This document shows, one piece after another, positions 1 through 10,847 of a stretch of 64,000 nucleotides of DNA (position 1 is its first letter; every line of letters begins with the position of its first letter). The notes under the pieces are model-generated. The model was not told where the DNA came from. It saw only the letters and a program-made list of their open reading frames with translations, and did no database searches. The DNA lies in NCBI GenBank assembly GCA_963740085.1, contig CAVUCU010000003.1:1-64000 (forward strand), given 5' to 3'. Both the position numbers and the translations under genes were made by a program. This DNA is from Nitrospirota bacterium. GTDB lineage: Bacteria > Nitrospirota > UBA9217.

Positions 1-166
1 TATTCCAGACGAGCAACTCCAGGAATCGTCCTGCGACGGGCCCGGTGAGCATGGCCGCCTGGCCGAGCTCGCGCGCCGTCTGCTCGGAGAGCTCCGCGAG
101 CAGCGGGTCGTGCGGCGACGACATCCGCTCGGTGTACGCCTCGATCCGCGGGTCGACGAGGTCCAC
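1..166 (-). CDS. O-methyltransferase (CCoAOMT/COMT-like), 5' part only, runs off the window
   Basis: Manual translation from GTG at 166: MDLVDPRIEAYTERMSSPHDPLLAELSEQTARELGQAAMLTGPVAGRFLELLVW, typical N-terminus of this family. Confidence 0.75.
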   Translation of the reverse strand, partial: MDLVDPRIEAYTERMSSPHDPLLAELSEQTARELGQAAMLTGPVAGRFLELLVWN

Positions 167-840
167 TAGCCGCGCTCGACGCGCGAGCCGCCGACGATCG
201 CGTCGCTGCCGTCGTCGAAGCGCACCCACGCCTTGCCCTTGCCGTCGTAGTCGGGCGACCAGACGACGAGCGTCGCCGGCGCGGCCGCGCGACCGACACG
301 CGCTCGGTTCCCTCGGGCTCGGCGCCGCGCCAGACGCGGACGAACGGGTTCTGCTCCCACTCGCGGCCGATCGTCGTCTCGTCGGTGTGGCCCGGGCAGC
401 ACGCGGCGCTCGTGCGGCATCGGCATGAAGACGTCCATCACGGCGTCCTTGATCTGCTCGAAGTCGCCGCCGCCGACCGCGTCCTTGAAGAGCGTGTCGC
501 CCGAGAAGACGACCGCGCTCGGTCGTCTGACCACGAAGCAGACCATGTCGTCGGAGTGGCCCGGGGTCGGGAGCGCCTCGATCGCAGAGGCCGCCGGTCT
601 CGAGCGAGCGGCGCGACCGACCGGCAGCGCCGAGCTCGTCCTCGTGCTCGACGTGGTCGGGGTGGGCGTGCGTCCGCAGCACGTGCGGTCGGGGTCAGCC
701 CGCCACTCGCTCGACCGCCTGCGAGCAGCGGCTCGAGCGGCGCGCCCGAGTCGACGAAGACCGCGGTGCCTCCCGCCTCGTCGGCGACCAGGTAGGCATT
801 CGAGAGCCAGCCGGGAGTCCATGCTCCGGGCGACCAGCAC
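166..840 (-). CDS. MBL-fold metallo-hydrolase (frameshifted in this assembly)
   Basis: Fragments across frames: NAYLVADEAGGTAVFVDSG, TPGHSDD, VFSGDTLF, VLPGH. Confidence 0.8.
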   Translation of the reverse strand: MLVARSMDSRLALECLPGRRRGGRHRGLRRLGRAARAAARRRSSEWRADPDRTCCGRTPTPTTSSTRTSSALPVGRAARSRPAASAIEALPTPGHSDDMVCFVVRRPSAVVFSGDTLFKDAVGGGDFEQIKDAVMDVFMPMPHERRVLPGPHRRDDDRPRVGAEPVRPRLARRRARGNRARVGRAAAPATLVVWSPDYDGKGKAWVRFDDGSDAIVGGSRVERG

Positions 841-885
841 GTCGTTAGGCTAGCCGTGCACCCGACCGCGAGGAGAACGGAACAC

Positions 886-1630
886 ATGCCCGGGCTGATG
901 GCGCGCACTCTCATTGATCTTCAAGGCGAAGTTCTCGAAGCTGCTCGACCGCGCCGAGAACCCGAACGAGACGCTCGACTACTCCTACGAGGAGCAGCTC
1001 CGCCAGCTCCAGAACGTCAAGCGCGGCATCGCCGACGTGACGACGGCGAAGAAGCGGCTGGAGATGCAGTACACGTCGATGCAGCAGCAGGTCGAGAAGC
1101 TCGACGGCCAGGCGCGGCAGGCGCTGCAGGCCGGCCGCGAGGATCTCGCCCGCGAGGCGCTGACGCGCAAGGCGGCGGTGCAGGCGCAGCTCGAGGGGAT
1201 CATGCAGCAGGGCCAGCAGCTCGAGGCCCAGCAGCAGAAGCTCGTCGACGGCGAGAAGACGCTCTCGGCCAAGATCGAGGCCTTCCGCTCGCAGAAGGAA
1301 GTGATCAAGGCGCAGTACTCGGCCGCCGAGGCGCAGGTGCGGATCGGCGAGGCTGCGACCGGGCATCGGCGAGCAGATGGCCGACGTCGGCCTCGCGGTC
1401 CAGCGCGCGAAGGACAAGACCGAGCAGATGCAGGCGCGCGCGAGCGCGATCGACGAGCTGACCGCGGCCGGCACGCTCGAGGACTTCACCGTCGTCGGGC
1501 GACGACATCGACCGCCAGCTGGCGCAGATCTCGCAGGGCGGCCAGGTCGACGACGAGCTCGCGAAGATGAAGGCCGAGCTCGGCAAGGGCGGCGACGCGC
1601 CGAAGGAGCATCGAAGGAGAGAAGCCGTGA
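886..1630 (+). CDS. pspA: PspA/IM30 family protein (frameshifted)
   Basis: LLDRAENPNETLDYSYEEQL...KEVIKAQYSAAEAQVRIGEA; continues MADVGLAVQRAKDKTEQMQARASAIDEL in another frame. Confidence 0.9.
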
Positions 1631-1920
1631 TCGTCCGGCTGATGGGCGAAGGGCAGTTCCGCGTCGACGACGCGCTGATCGCGCGGCTCAACGAGCTCGA
1701 CGACGAGGTCTCGCGTGCAGTGGCCGACGGCGACGAGCGCGCGTTCTGGACCAGCCTGCAGGCGCTTGCCGACGCGGTGCGCGACGGCGGCGAGAAGCTC
1801 GCAGACGAGGACCTGCGCCCGTCCGACGCGATCATCCCGCCCGAAGACCTCTCGCTCGAGGAGGCGCGCGAGCTGCTGGCGGACGAGGGGTTCATCCCCG
1901 ACCTGCCCGTGCCGTCCTGA
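1627..1920 (+). CDS. pspAA: PspA-associated protein PspAA
   Basis: GTG overlaps pspA stop; MIVRLMGEGQFRVDD...SDAIIPPEDLSLEEARELL..EGFIPD. Confidence 0.8.
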   Translation: MIVRLMGEGQFRVDDALIARLNELDDEVSRAVADGDERAFWTSLQALADAVRDGGEKLADEDLRPSDAIIPPEDLSLEEARELLADEGFIPDLPVPS

Positions 1921-2892
1921 TGCGCGAGGTCGTGCTCGCCGCACGTCCGCAAGGCGAGCCGAAAGCGTCCGACTTCGAGCTGCGCGACGCGCCCGACGTC
2001 TCGCCCGGCGACGGCGAGGTGCTCGTTCGCAACGTCTACGTGTCGGTCGATCCCTACATGCGCAGCCGCATGACGGGTGTGCGCACCTACGTCGGCCCGT
2101 ACGAGCTCGGCGACCCGATCGACGGCGGCGCCGTCGGCCGCGTCGTCGAATCGCGGCACGAGGGATTCGCCGAGGGCGACTGGGTGCTGTCGATGCTCGG
2201 CTGGCGAGAGCAGGGGGTCGTTGCGGGCGACCACCTGCGGAAGCTCGACGCCGACGCTCGCGCCGCCCTCGACCGCTCTCGGCGTGCTCGGAATGCCGGG
2301 GCTGACGGCCTGGGTGGGGCTGGTCGACATCGGGCGTATCAAGGAGGGAGAGACGATCTACGTCACCGGCGCCGCTGGGGCTGTCGGCAGCGCGGCAGCG
2401 CAGATGGCGAAGCTGAAGGGGCTCCGCGTCATCGGCAGTGCGGGGTCGACCGAGAAGGTCGACTGGTTGCGCTCACTCGGCGTCGAGGCGTTCAACTACC
2501 GCGAGACGCCGGCGAAGGAGGCGCTCGCAGACGGCATCGACGTGTGCTTCGACAACGTCGGTGGAGAGCAGCTGGAGGCCGCTGTGAACGCGCTCCGTCC
2601 GTTCGGTCGCGTGATCGCCTGCGGCGCGATCTCGCGCTACAACGACGAGCGCCCCGCACCCGGCCCGCGCAATCTCGGCTTCGTCGTCACGAAACGGCTG
2701 CGGATCGAGGGGTTCATCGTCAGGGATCACTCCGACCGGTTCCCGGCGTTCCTCGCCGAGGCTGGGCCGTGGGTCGCCGCGGGTGAGCTGCAGTATCGCG
2801 AGACCTTCGTCGACGGGATCGAGAACGTTCCCGGCGCGTTCGCCGGCCTGTTTCGTGGCGACAACACCGGCAAGATGCTCGTGCGCGTGTAG
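1920..2892 (+). CDS. NADP-dependent oxidoreductase (MDR, CurA/PTGR-like), one frameshift near 2250
   Basis: VLAARPQGEP, SVDPYMRSRM, LGMPGLTAW, GAAGAVGS, FDNVGG, GDNTGKMLV. Confidence 0.9.
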
Positions 2893-2894
2893 GC

Positions 2895-4859
2895 CTAGCG
2901 GTGCACGAAATCGATGTGCGTCGAGCCGAGGAGGCTCTGGCCGTCGATCTCGAAGTGGCAGACGCGTGGAGACGGTGACGGGGGCACGAAGATCGTGCCG
3001 TTCCAGTAGTCCAGGCCCGCGATCCTGGCGCGGGTCGTGATCCGGCCGTCGAGCCGCAGGGTCACGACGCTCGTCAGCTTGGGCAGGAGCGTCAGCTCGA
3101 GCCGTCCACCGGCGCAGTCGTAGGCGCGCACCCGCCCGGGCTCCGTCATGTCGCCATTTGGCTTGATCCCGCGCTCGAGTGTCGTGAGCCGGGCCGGGCC
3201 GGTCAGCCGCCACACAGTGAGCCCGGCCGTGTCGAGCCCCAGTTGCGTCAGGTGCGCCACGGGGGCTGCCGACGAACGAGTGCGGGTCGCTCGCGATGAC
3301 GTAATGGTCGGTGATCGGCAGCAGCCCCGTCGGCGGGACGTGAACGACCCGCTGCGGCATCGGGCCGGGCACGCGTGCCGGGGCGGCGGATACGACGTCT
3401 GTCGACGTTCCGGTTCCAGAACCGCACCTGCCAGACGCCGTTCCAGTACGACTCGCCGTCGTAGAAGTAGGCAGTCGGTGCGTGCGTGGCACGGGCGATC
3501 CAGTCGGGTGGGGTGCCGACGAGATTGTGCTGGTCATAGGCGACGCGGTCGCTGAGGTTGTTCGACGCGACGGCGCTCGAAACGAGCAGGAGAATGATCA
3601 TCGCGACGGGAAGTGCTGCGAGGAAGCGTCGTTGCAGCGTGACGATCGCGGTGAGGAGAAGTACCGCAACGATGGCGACTGCCCACGCTGCGCGGTCTCC
3701 ACCCAGCCGGTCGAGGATCACGAGGTCGAACGTATCCGGTAGCGCGTCGATGTTGACGAGGTGGTTCCAGGGCGCCAGCAACAGCAGCGCCAGCGCCGAG
3801 AGCGCGACGAGAAAGACGGTCGGCCGCGGCCGCGGCGCACCGCGATCGAGCCAGAGCGCGAAGACGGTGAAGAGCAGCGGTGGGAGCAGCGCGAGGTCAC
3901 GGCCGAGCAGGTGAGGCGCGTAGCGCGCGGCGAACAGGCCGACCTGCACGACGACGAGAACGGTCGCGCACGCTGCGACGGAGACGAGCGCCCGTACGGC
4001 CGGGTCGCGCTCGTCGCCGCGCACGACGGCGATCAGCAGCAGCGCGAGCGCGACGACCGGAGCGACGGCCGTCGAGAGCGCCAGGTAGCTGAAGTGCTCG
4101 CCGACCAGGCTCGCCGCCGGGCCGAGCGGGTAGTGACCACGGAGCGTCTCCTCGTAGGCGCCGAAGAGACCGGGGGCGGCCGCGACAGCGGCCCCCGCCG
4201 CTGCCAGCACCCACCAGACCGGCCAGTAGCTACGCAGCGTTCGCCGCTCGCGCGACACCAGCCAATTGACGACGATCGCCGCGGCGAAGACGGCAACCAG
4301 CACGACCGACTGCACCCTCGTCAGGATCGTCAGCGCGATCGCTCCGAATGCGATCGCCTGGTCGCGGAGCGTCGCGGTCTCGACGGCGCGTGCGACCGCC
4401 AGCAGCGCGAATGCGCCGAGCGGATAGATGAGGACCTCGGTCATGAGGAAGCCCGAGTAGAGCGTCAGCGGGCGACGCCAGAGCGAGCGCTCCCGCGACG
4501 AGCGCGTAACCCGGGCGCATGAACCGGCGTCCGTAGAAGGAGATCGGCACGGCGACCAGCGACATCGTCAGCGCCTGCAGCAGCTTCAGCGAGGCGTAGC
4601 CGGTCGCGAGCCGGCCGACCGAGAGCGGGACCCCGGCCAGCACCGGGTAGAGAAAGCCGTAGCCGGCGCCTTCGCCGTGGAGGATCGCCAGGTTGCCGTG
4701 GCGCCAGAGGGATACCGCGCGCTCAGCGTAGATCGCCTCGTCGGGCATGATCCACAGCCCGCTGATTCGCCGTCCGGCCAGCCAGTGCAGGATCGTCGAG
4801 ACACCGACCAGCGCGGGAAGCGCGAGGACTAGATCGGGGCGTCGAAGAGCGCGAGCCAT
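2895..4859 (-). CDS. Multi-pass membrane protein, GT-C/ArnT-PMT-like glycosyltransferase (frameshifted into 3 ORFs)
   Basis: MPDEAIYAERA acidic motif after TM1; many TM segments in ORFs 4230-4859 and 3248-4444; soluble C-terminus 2895-3260. Confidence 0.55.
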
Positions 4860-5397
4860 CGCGTCAGGTCCTGCTCGATCGGAAGCTCCTTCTCGAGCTT
4901 CGCCTTCAGTTCGAGCTCGGTCGCGTTGTCGCGCTTCTGGCCTCGCCGATCGGGACGAACGGCCAGAACGCGCCGCGCTTGAAGCCGTAGATCCAGTAGA
5001 CCGGGTGCTCGCCGCCCTCGAACGGGAACGCCGCGGCGAGCAGCTGCGCGCCGAAGCCCTGCGCCGTCAGCTCCGGCCGCCAACGTGTGCGCGGTGTGAC
5101 GAGATCCTCGAGGTCGGGGTCGTGGACGACCATCCAGTCGAAGCCGAAGTCGTCGGTCTTGCGCTCGATCTGGGAGCCGCACTGCTGTGCGGCGGCGTCG
5201 ATGCAGCTTGTCGACGTCGTCGAACGCGCTGCGAACTCACCCGAGGAGAGCGGCTTGAAGGCGACCGCCGCCGCGCCGGCCGTGATGAGCCCGAGCTCGG
5301 TCTGCAGCGTCACCGCCGCGGTCGTGAAGGCGAAGAGCCGGTCGTCGCTCGGCTCGGTCAGCTTCTTGCGCCCGAAGAGGACGTCGCGGAGCGCCAC
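4829..5397 (-). CDS. pspAB: PspA-associated protein PspAB (frameshifted)
   Basis: MALRDVLFGRKKL..DDRLFAFTTAAVTLQ..GFGAQLLAAAF..YWIYGFKRGAFWPFVP..ELPIEQDLTRWLALFDAPI. Confidence 0.8.
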
Positions 5398-5399
5398 CC

Positions 5400-6318
5400 T
5401 TAGGCGACCGGGCGGCCCATCTCGCGGGCGATCTCGGCGAGCGCCGCGAGGCGCTTCTCGAGCGGCGGGTGATCCATGAAGAGCTCGGCCATGGCGCCCT
5501 TCGCCTTGGCCGGGATGATGAAGAACGCGTTCATGCCCTCGACCTCGCGCAGGTCCTGCTGCGGGATCAGCGTCATCTGCGACGAGATCTTCTGCAGCGC
5601 GCTCATCAGGTACTCCGGCGCGCCGGTGATCAGCGCCGAGCCGCGGTCGGCGGCGTACTCGCGGTAGCGCGAGATCGTCCGGATCAGGACGAAGCTGATC
5701 GCGTAGACGACGATCGAGACGACGAAGACGATCAGCCAGACGGGCGGGCCGTTGTTGTTGTTCGCGGTTCCCGCCGCCGCCGCCGAACATGCCGGCGTAG
5801 AGGCCGAAGCGGGTCAGCATCGCGGCGAGCATCGCGAAGAAGCTCGCGACGGTCATGATCAGCACGTCGCGGTTCGCGACGTGCGAGAGCTCGTGGGCGA
5901 GCACGCCCTCGATCTCCTTCGGCTCGAGCCGGTCCCAGAGGCCGGTCGTCACGCGACCGCCGCGTGCTTCGGGAGCGGCCCGGTCGCGAACGCGTTCGGG
6001 ACCGGCGTGTCGATCGACGCGACCGCGGCTTCGGCAGGTCGGCCATCGCGCAGAGCCGCTCGACCATGTCGTGCAGCGCCGGCGCCTCCTCGCGGCGAGA
6101 CGACCTTCGCGCCGGACGCCGCGAGCGCGAGCTTGTCCGAGGTGTAGTACTGGAAGAACGCGAGCCCGACGACGATCACGAGCATCGGGACGAGCCCGAC
6201 GTTCAGGACCTGGAACAGGACGACGGCGAAGACGACGTAGAGCAGGCCGAGCAGGCCCGCTCGTGAAGAGCATCCGCAGGGTGAGGCCGGCGTCGCGACC
6301 GTACGATCTGCGTTTCAT
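5400..6318 (-). CDS. htpX: Zinc metalloprotease HtpX (frameshifted)
   Basis: PNAFATG, GVLAHELSHVANRD (HExxH), REYAADRG, LFMDHPPLEKRL. Confidence 0.9.
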
Positions 6319-6404
6319 GCCGCGGATGGTACGGATGCGCAGGTCGCGCTGCAGGCGCTTAACGCCCCGGTCAACGTGCGCCGGTCGGTATAGACTCCGC
6401 GCTC

Positions 6405-6830
6405 GTGCGCCGCCTCGTTCCGTCATCGCTCGCCGTCGCTCGTCTTCGCCGCCGGCTGCTCGACCTCGAAGCCGGCGGCGAAGGTCGTCGCTCGCCGACT
6501 GCCGACGACGGTCGTCGGCACGGTCCGACGCGCCGACGCCGGCCCGGTCGCCGGCCGCAGTCCACGAACGGGCGACCCGACGGCCGGCAAGGCGGTCTTC
6601 GCGAGCGCCGGCTGCGCCGGCTGCCACACGCTCGCCGACGCGAACGCGACCGGCACGGTCGGCCCGAACCTCGACCAGGCGAAGCCCGACCTGTCGCAGG
6701 CGGTCGACCGCGCGGTGACGAACGGCGAGCGGCGCGATGCCGTCGTTCAAGGGCCAGCTGACGCACGCAGCAGATCGCCGACGTCGCCGCCTACGTCGTC
6801 AAGGCGACCGGCGGCAACCCGACCGGCTGA
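6405..6830 (+). CDS. c-type cytochrome, probable lipoprotein (frameshifted)
   Basis: GKAVFASAGCAGCHTLADA..GTVGPNLD (CxxCH) around 6586-6675; MPSFKGQLT. Confidence 0.75.
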
Positions 6831-7667
6831 CGCTCTCCCGCCGAGACTTCCCGCGCGACGTCGCCGTCGTCGCGACCGACCTCGACCGCACGCTCGATCT
6901 GGCGAGGACGGCGTGCTGCGGCCGCGCACGCTGGCGGCGCTCGCGCGGCGCGCGGCGACCGGGCCTCGACGTGATCGTCGTCACCGGGCGGATGGTGCAG
7001 TCGGTGCGCCGCTTCCTCGAGCCGGCGCGAGCTCGACGAGCCGGTCGTCTGCTACCAGGGCGCCGTCGTCGCCGACCCGGACGGGCAAGTGGCTCCGCCA
7101 CGAGCCGATCCCGCTCGACGCTCGCGCGCGAGGCGATCGAGGCGGTCGAGGCGGCGGGCTTCCAGCTCAACGTGCTACGTCGACGACGAGCTGTACGTCG
7201 CCGAGGTGACGCCGGAGGCGCGCGCGCTACGCCGGCTTCCAGCACCTCGAGATCCACGCGGTCGGCGACCTGCTCGCTGGCTCGACGCGAGCCGCCGACG
7301 AAGCTCGTCGCGTCGGCGACCCGGCGGCGCTCGACGAGCTCGAGGCGCGAGCTGAAGCGCGCGCTTCGGCGGCCGGCTCTTCATCTCGAAGTCGCTGCCG
7401 TACTTCCTCGAGTTCGCGCACCCGGCGTGACGAAGGGCGCCGGGCTCGAGTTCCTCGCCGAGCGGCTCGGCTTCACGCGCCGAGCAGACGGTCGCGTTCG
7501 GCGACGGCGAGAACGACGTCGAGCTGCTCGACTGGGCCGGCTTCGGCGTCGCGGTCGCGAACGCGCACGACGCGCGTGCAAGGCGGTCGCCGACTGGGTC
7601 TGCCCGCCGGCGCAGGAGGAAGGCGTCGCCAGCGTGCTCGAGGCGCTTCTAGACTCAAGCGGCGTGA
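6830..7667 (+). CDS. Cof-type HAD-IIB hydrolase (frameshifted; start approximate)
   Basis: [40 protein letters not shown] motifs across frames. Confidence 0.8.
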
Positions 7668-8916
7668 TCGACCTCCGCGCAGCCCGCACCGATCCCGACG
7701 GCTTCCGGCGCCGCGCTCGCGCGCAAGGGCGCGGCCGAGGTCGTTCGACGAGCTGCTCGCCGCCGACGCGCGCTGGCGCGAGCTGCAGCCGCAGGTCGAC
7801 GAGCTGCGCGCGCGCACGAAGCTGAAGGGCAAGCCGACGCCGGAGCAGCTCGAGGAGCTGACGCGGCGTCAAGGAGCGAGCTGCAGCCGCTCGAGGAGCA
7901 GCTCGCCGAGGCCGAGGCCGCGGCGCGACGAGCTGCTCGACCGCGTGCCGAACCCGCCCGGCCGACGCGCGCCCGACGGCGCGACCGAGGAGGACGCCGT
8001 CGAGGTGCGACGGTCGTCGGCGAGCCGCCGAGCTTCGACCGAGCCGCGCGACCACCTCGACCTCGGCGGCGCTTCGGCTGGATCGACTCGAGCGCGGCGC
8101 GAAGGTCTCGGGCTCGCGCTTCGGCTACCGCGTCGGCGACGTCGGCGCTGCTCGAGCTCGCGCTCTACCGCTACGCGCTCGACCGCGCTCGCGCAGAAGG
8201 GCCACGCGCCGATGCTGCCGCCGGTGCTCGTGCGCGAGGAGGCGATGTACGGCACGGGCTTCTTCCCGACCGACGAGGTCGAACATCTACGCGGTCGAGC
8301 GGACGAGCTCTACCTCACCGGCACCTCCGAGGTCGCGCTCGCCGGCCTTCCACATGGGCGAGATCCTCGAGCGAGGCTGCCGCTCCGCTACGTCGCGCTT
8401 CTCGACGTGCTTCCGCCGCGAGGCGGGCGCCGCCGGGCAAGGACACGCGCGGGATGTTCCGCGTCCACCAGTTCGACAAGGTCGAGATGTTCGTCTTCTG
8501 CGCGCCGGAGCGCGTCGCGCGACGAGCACGAGCGGCTGCTCGCGATCGAGGAGGAGCTCGTGCAGGAGCTCGGCCTCCCCTACCGCGTCGTCAACGTCGC
8601 CGCCGGCGACCTCGGCGCCTCGGCGGCGAAGAAGTACGACATCGAGGCGTGGTTCCCCGGGCCAGGAGCGCTACCGCGAGATCACCTCGACCTCGAACAC
8701 GACCGACTTCCAGGCGCGCCGGCTCGGCATCCGCTACCGCGCGCGACGGCAGAGCTCGAGCCGCGTGCACACGCTGAACGGCACCGCGGTGACGGCGCGC
8801 GCGCTGATCGCGGTGCTCGAGAACTTCCAGGAGTCGGACGGCTCGGTCGTCGTGCCGGAGCCGCTCTCGGAGTTCGGCGCGCCGGCGCGCTCGGCGCCGA
8901 CCGCGCCCGAACCTAG
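7664..8916 (+). CDS. serS: Seryl-tRNA synthetase (frameshifted)
   Basis: [74 protein letters not shown]. Confidence 0.95.
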
Positions 8917-8929
8917 CGCCGCGGCGCGG

Positions 8930-9324
8930 TCAGTTGCTCCACCAGTTCTGCGACCATCTCGACGTCCTGAGGATCGGTCCCGGCGCCGAACGCGAGGTAC
9001 TCGACACCCTGCGGGCCTGCCTGCACGTCGCGCATCGTGTCCTTGTCGAACCGGATCGCGTCCCATTCGCCGACCTCGACGACCTCGTCCTCGACCTTGA
9101 TCTGCGCGGAGCCGCGGACGACGACGTACACCTCCTCCTGCCCTTCGTGCTTGTGCCCGAACGGGATGCGAAAGCCCGGCGCCAGCTTGAAGTGGCTCAG
9201 CCCGAGCGTTTCCCCGTCCAGAGCTGTCCGTGCAAAGCGAGCCTCCACTCTCCTCCGGCATGCCGAACTTCGGAGCTGCGTTCTCGACGTCGGCCTTGAC
9301 GTTCTTCTTCGTGTAGTTGCTCAT
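8930..9324 (-). CDS. Cupin domain protein (frameshifted)
   Basis: PFGHKHEGQEEVYVVVRGS cupin motif 1. Confidence 0.8.
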
Positions 9325-9432
9325 AGAGCACCAGGTGCCCGCCGGCCGCGGTTCGCGAAACCACGAGGCGGCCGGTGCTGCGGCAACCAGGTAAGCTCCC
9401 GCGACGCCTGGATTTGGCTCGAATACAGGCTC

Positions 9433-9520
9433 GGCGGGGTGCCGGGAGCGGTCGAACGGGGCGGTCTTGAAAACCGCTGACGGGGCAACTCGTCCGTGGG
9501 TTCAAATCCCACCCCCGCCG
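9433..9520 (+). tRNA. tRNA-Ser (anticodon UGA)
   Basis: Acceptor stem GGCGGGG/CCCCGCC, anticodon arm GCGGT-CTTGAAA-ACCGC, long variable arm GACGGG-GCAA-CTCGTC, T arm GTGGG-TTCAAAT-CCCAC, discriminator G, no encoded CCA. Confidence 0.95.
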
Positions 9521-9523
9521 CCT

Positions 9524-9821
9524 CAGCCATGCGGATTCTCGTGGTGTAGTGCGGGCTGGCGTCCCGTAGGCGCGGCATCGAAGCGGGGGTCTCTGCTGAT
9601 GTTGCCTTGGCTTTGGTTCGCCGTGACGGTCAAGGCAGGCGATTCACAGTGATCTTGGAGTTTGCAGTGGTGGGGCGAGTTCAGGCTCGCTCCACACCGC
9701 GACGGGATAGCCGTCTGGACCGTGCGGGGTCTCCTCGTGAACGGCCTGCGCCCAGGATCAGGTGAAGCCGAAGCCTCGAACCGGCACAGTCACCGCCGTG
9801 CGGGAAAGGCAGCCATGCGGA
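9524..9821. repeat. 12-bp direct repeat CAGCCATGCGGA bracketing a hairpin-rich non-coding stretch 3' of the tRNA
   Basis: Copies at 9524-9535 and 9810-9821; hairpins at about 9604-9637, 9670-9695 and 9701-9715. Confidence 0.55.
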
Positions 9822-9831
9822 GGTACCTAAT
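9822..9831. other. Junction between two unrelated sequences (contig boundary or chimera)
   Basis: Abrupt drop in GC and indel rate; radical SAM frame begins at CNLRCKHC right after an in-frame TAA (9828-9830) with no start codon. Confidence 0.85.
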
Positions 9832-10826
9832 GCAACCTCAGGTGCAAACACTGCTACCAACAGGGAAGTTTGCCTGATGAAATGTCTTTATCTGAGATAA
9901 CATCCGTCATAGACGAAGTATCAGACATGTTGAACGAGTGGAGGGAAACGCATCACATCGATTTTACGTCCAGTTTCAATGTCACGGGCGGTGAACCATT
10001 CCTGAGGAGGGATTTTTTCTCCATCCTGGAGGAATTAAAAAACAAGGGGTTTGACGCCTTCATTCTTACGAATGGCACCCTCATCGATCGCAACAAAGCC
10101 GATGTGCTCGCCAAACTCGCCGTGAAGGGAGTCCAGGTAAGCATCGAAGGACCGGAGAATATTCACGATGCCATCCGGGGCCCGGGCAGTTTCTCATCCT
10201 CAATAAAAGGCATACGAAATCTCCTCGAAGCCGGCATTCCGGTGACACTGAATACTACCCTCTCCGATATGAATGCCGCCTGTTTCGCAGACGTTATCGA
10301 TCTGGCGTCTTCACTCGGAGTGCAGCGCGTGGGTTTTTCACGGCTTGTACCCACGGGACGCGGGGGTGACATGCTGAACACTATGCTTTCCCGGGAGGCC
10401 CTTGGGGATTTATACAATTCTATTTTTTCATTCAATGCAAAAGGGCTTCAAATTGTCACGGGAGATCCCGTTGCGTCGCAGATGAATGGACCTGCCGTTA
10501 ATGACGGCGAAACTCCCTTTCCATCAGGAGGATGCGCGGCAGGCATCTCCGGATTGACGATACTCCCCGACGGTACCGTGACTCCTTGCAGAAGACTTCC
10601 TGTTCCCATCGGCAATGTAAAAAAAGATTCCCTGAGGGAAATCTGGGCGACATCAGACGTATTACAGGGATTAAGAGATAAGTCCCGGTATACAGGCAAA
10701 TGCGGCGAATGCAGCAAGTGGTCGGCTTGCAGGGGCTGCAGGGCAATTGCCTTTGCCTTTTCCAAAGCAAACGGCAATGCCAGTTGCCTTGCCGAAGACC
10801 CGCAGTGTTTTCTGCCGCATGAGTGA
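9831..10826 (+). CDS. Radical SAM/SPASM protein, 5'-truncated
   Basis: CNLRCKHC at 9831-9854 in frame with ORF 9870; TGGEP; SPASM cysteines CAAG..PC..KCGEC....CRGC..EDPQC. Confidence 0.9.
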   Translation, partial: CNLRCKHCYQQGSLPDEMSLSEITSVIDEVSDMLNEWRETHHIDFTSSFNVTGGEPFLRRDFFSILEELKNKGFDAFILTNGTLIDRNKADVLAKLAVKGVQVSIEGPENIHDAIRGPGSFSSSIKGIRNLLEAGIPVTLNTTLSDMNAACFADVIDLASSLGVQRVGFSRLVPTGRGGDMLNTMLSREALGDLYNSIFSFNAKGLQIVTGDPVASQMNGPAVNDGETPFPSGGCAAGISGLTILPDGTVTPCRRLPVPIGNVKKDSLREIWATSDVLQGLRDKSRYTGKCGECSKWSACRGCRAIAFAFSKANGNASCLAEDPQCFLPHE

Positions 10827-10847
10827 AACCGGGAAAGGTTGGCTTGC

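Noticed and set aside
166-9324. Mass pseudogenisation or programmed frameshifting in segment 1
   Set aside because: Indels hit nearly every gene, including essential serS, and motifs are otherwise intact; best explained by long-read consensus errors
9433-9520. tRNA-Sec
   Set aside because: Anticodon is UGA (Ser), not UCA, and the acceptor stem is 7 bp
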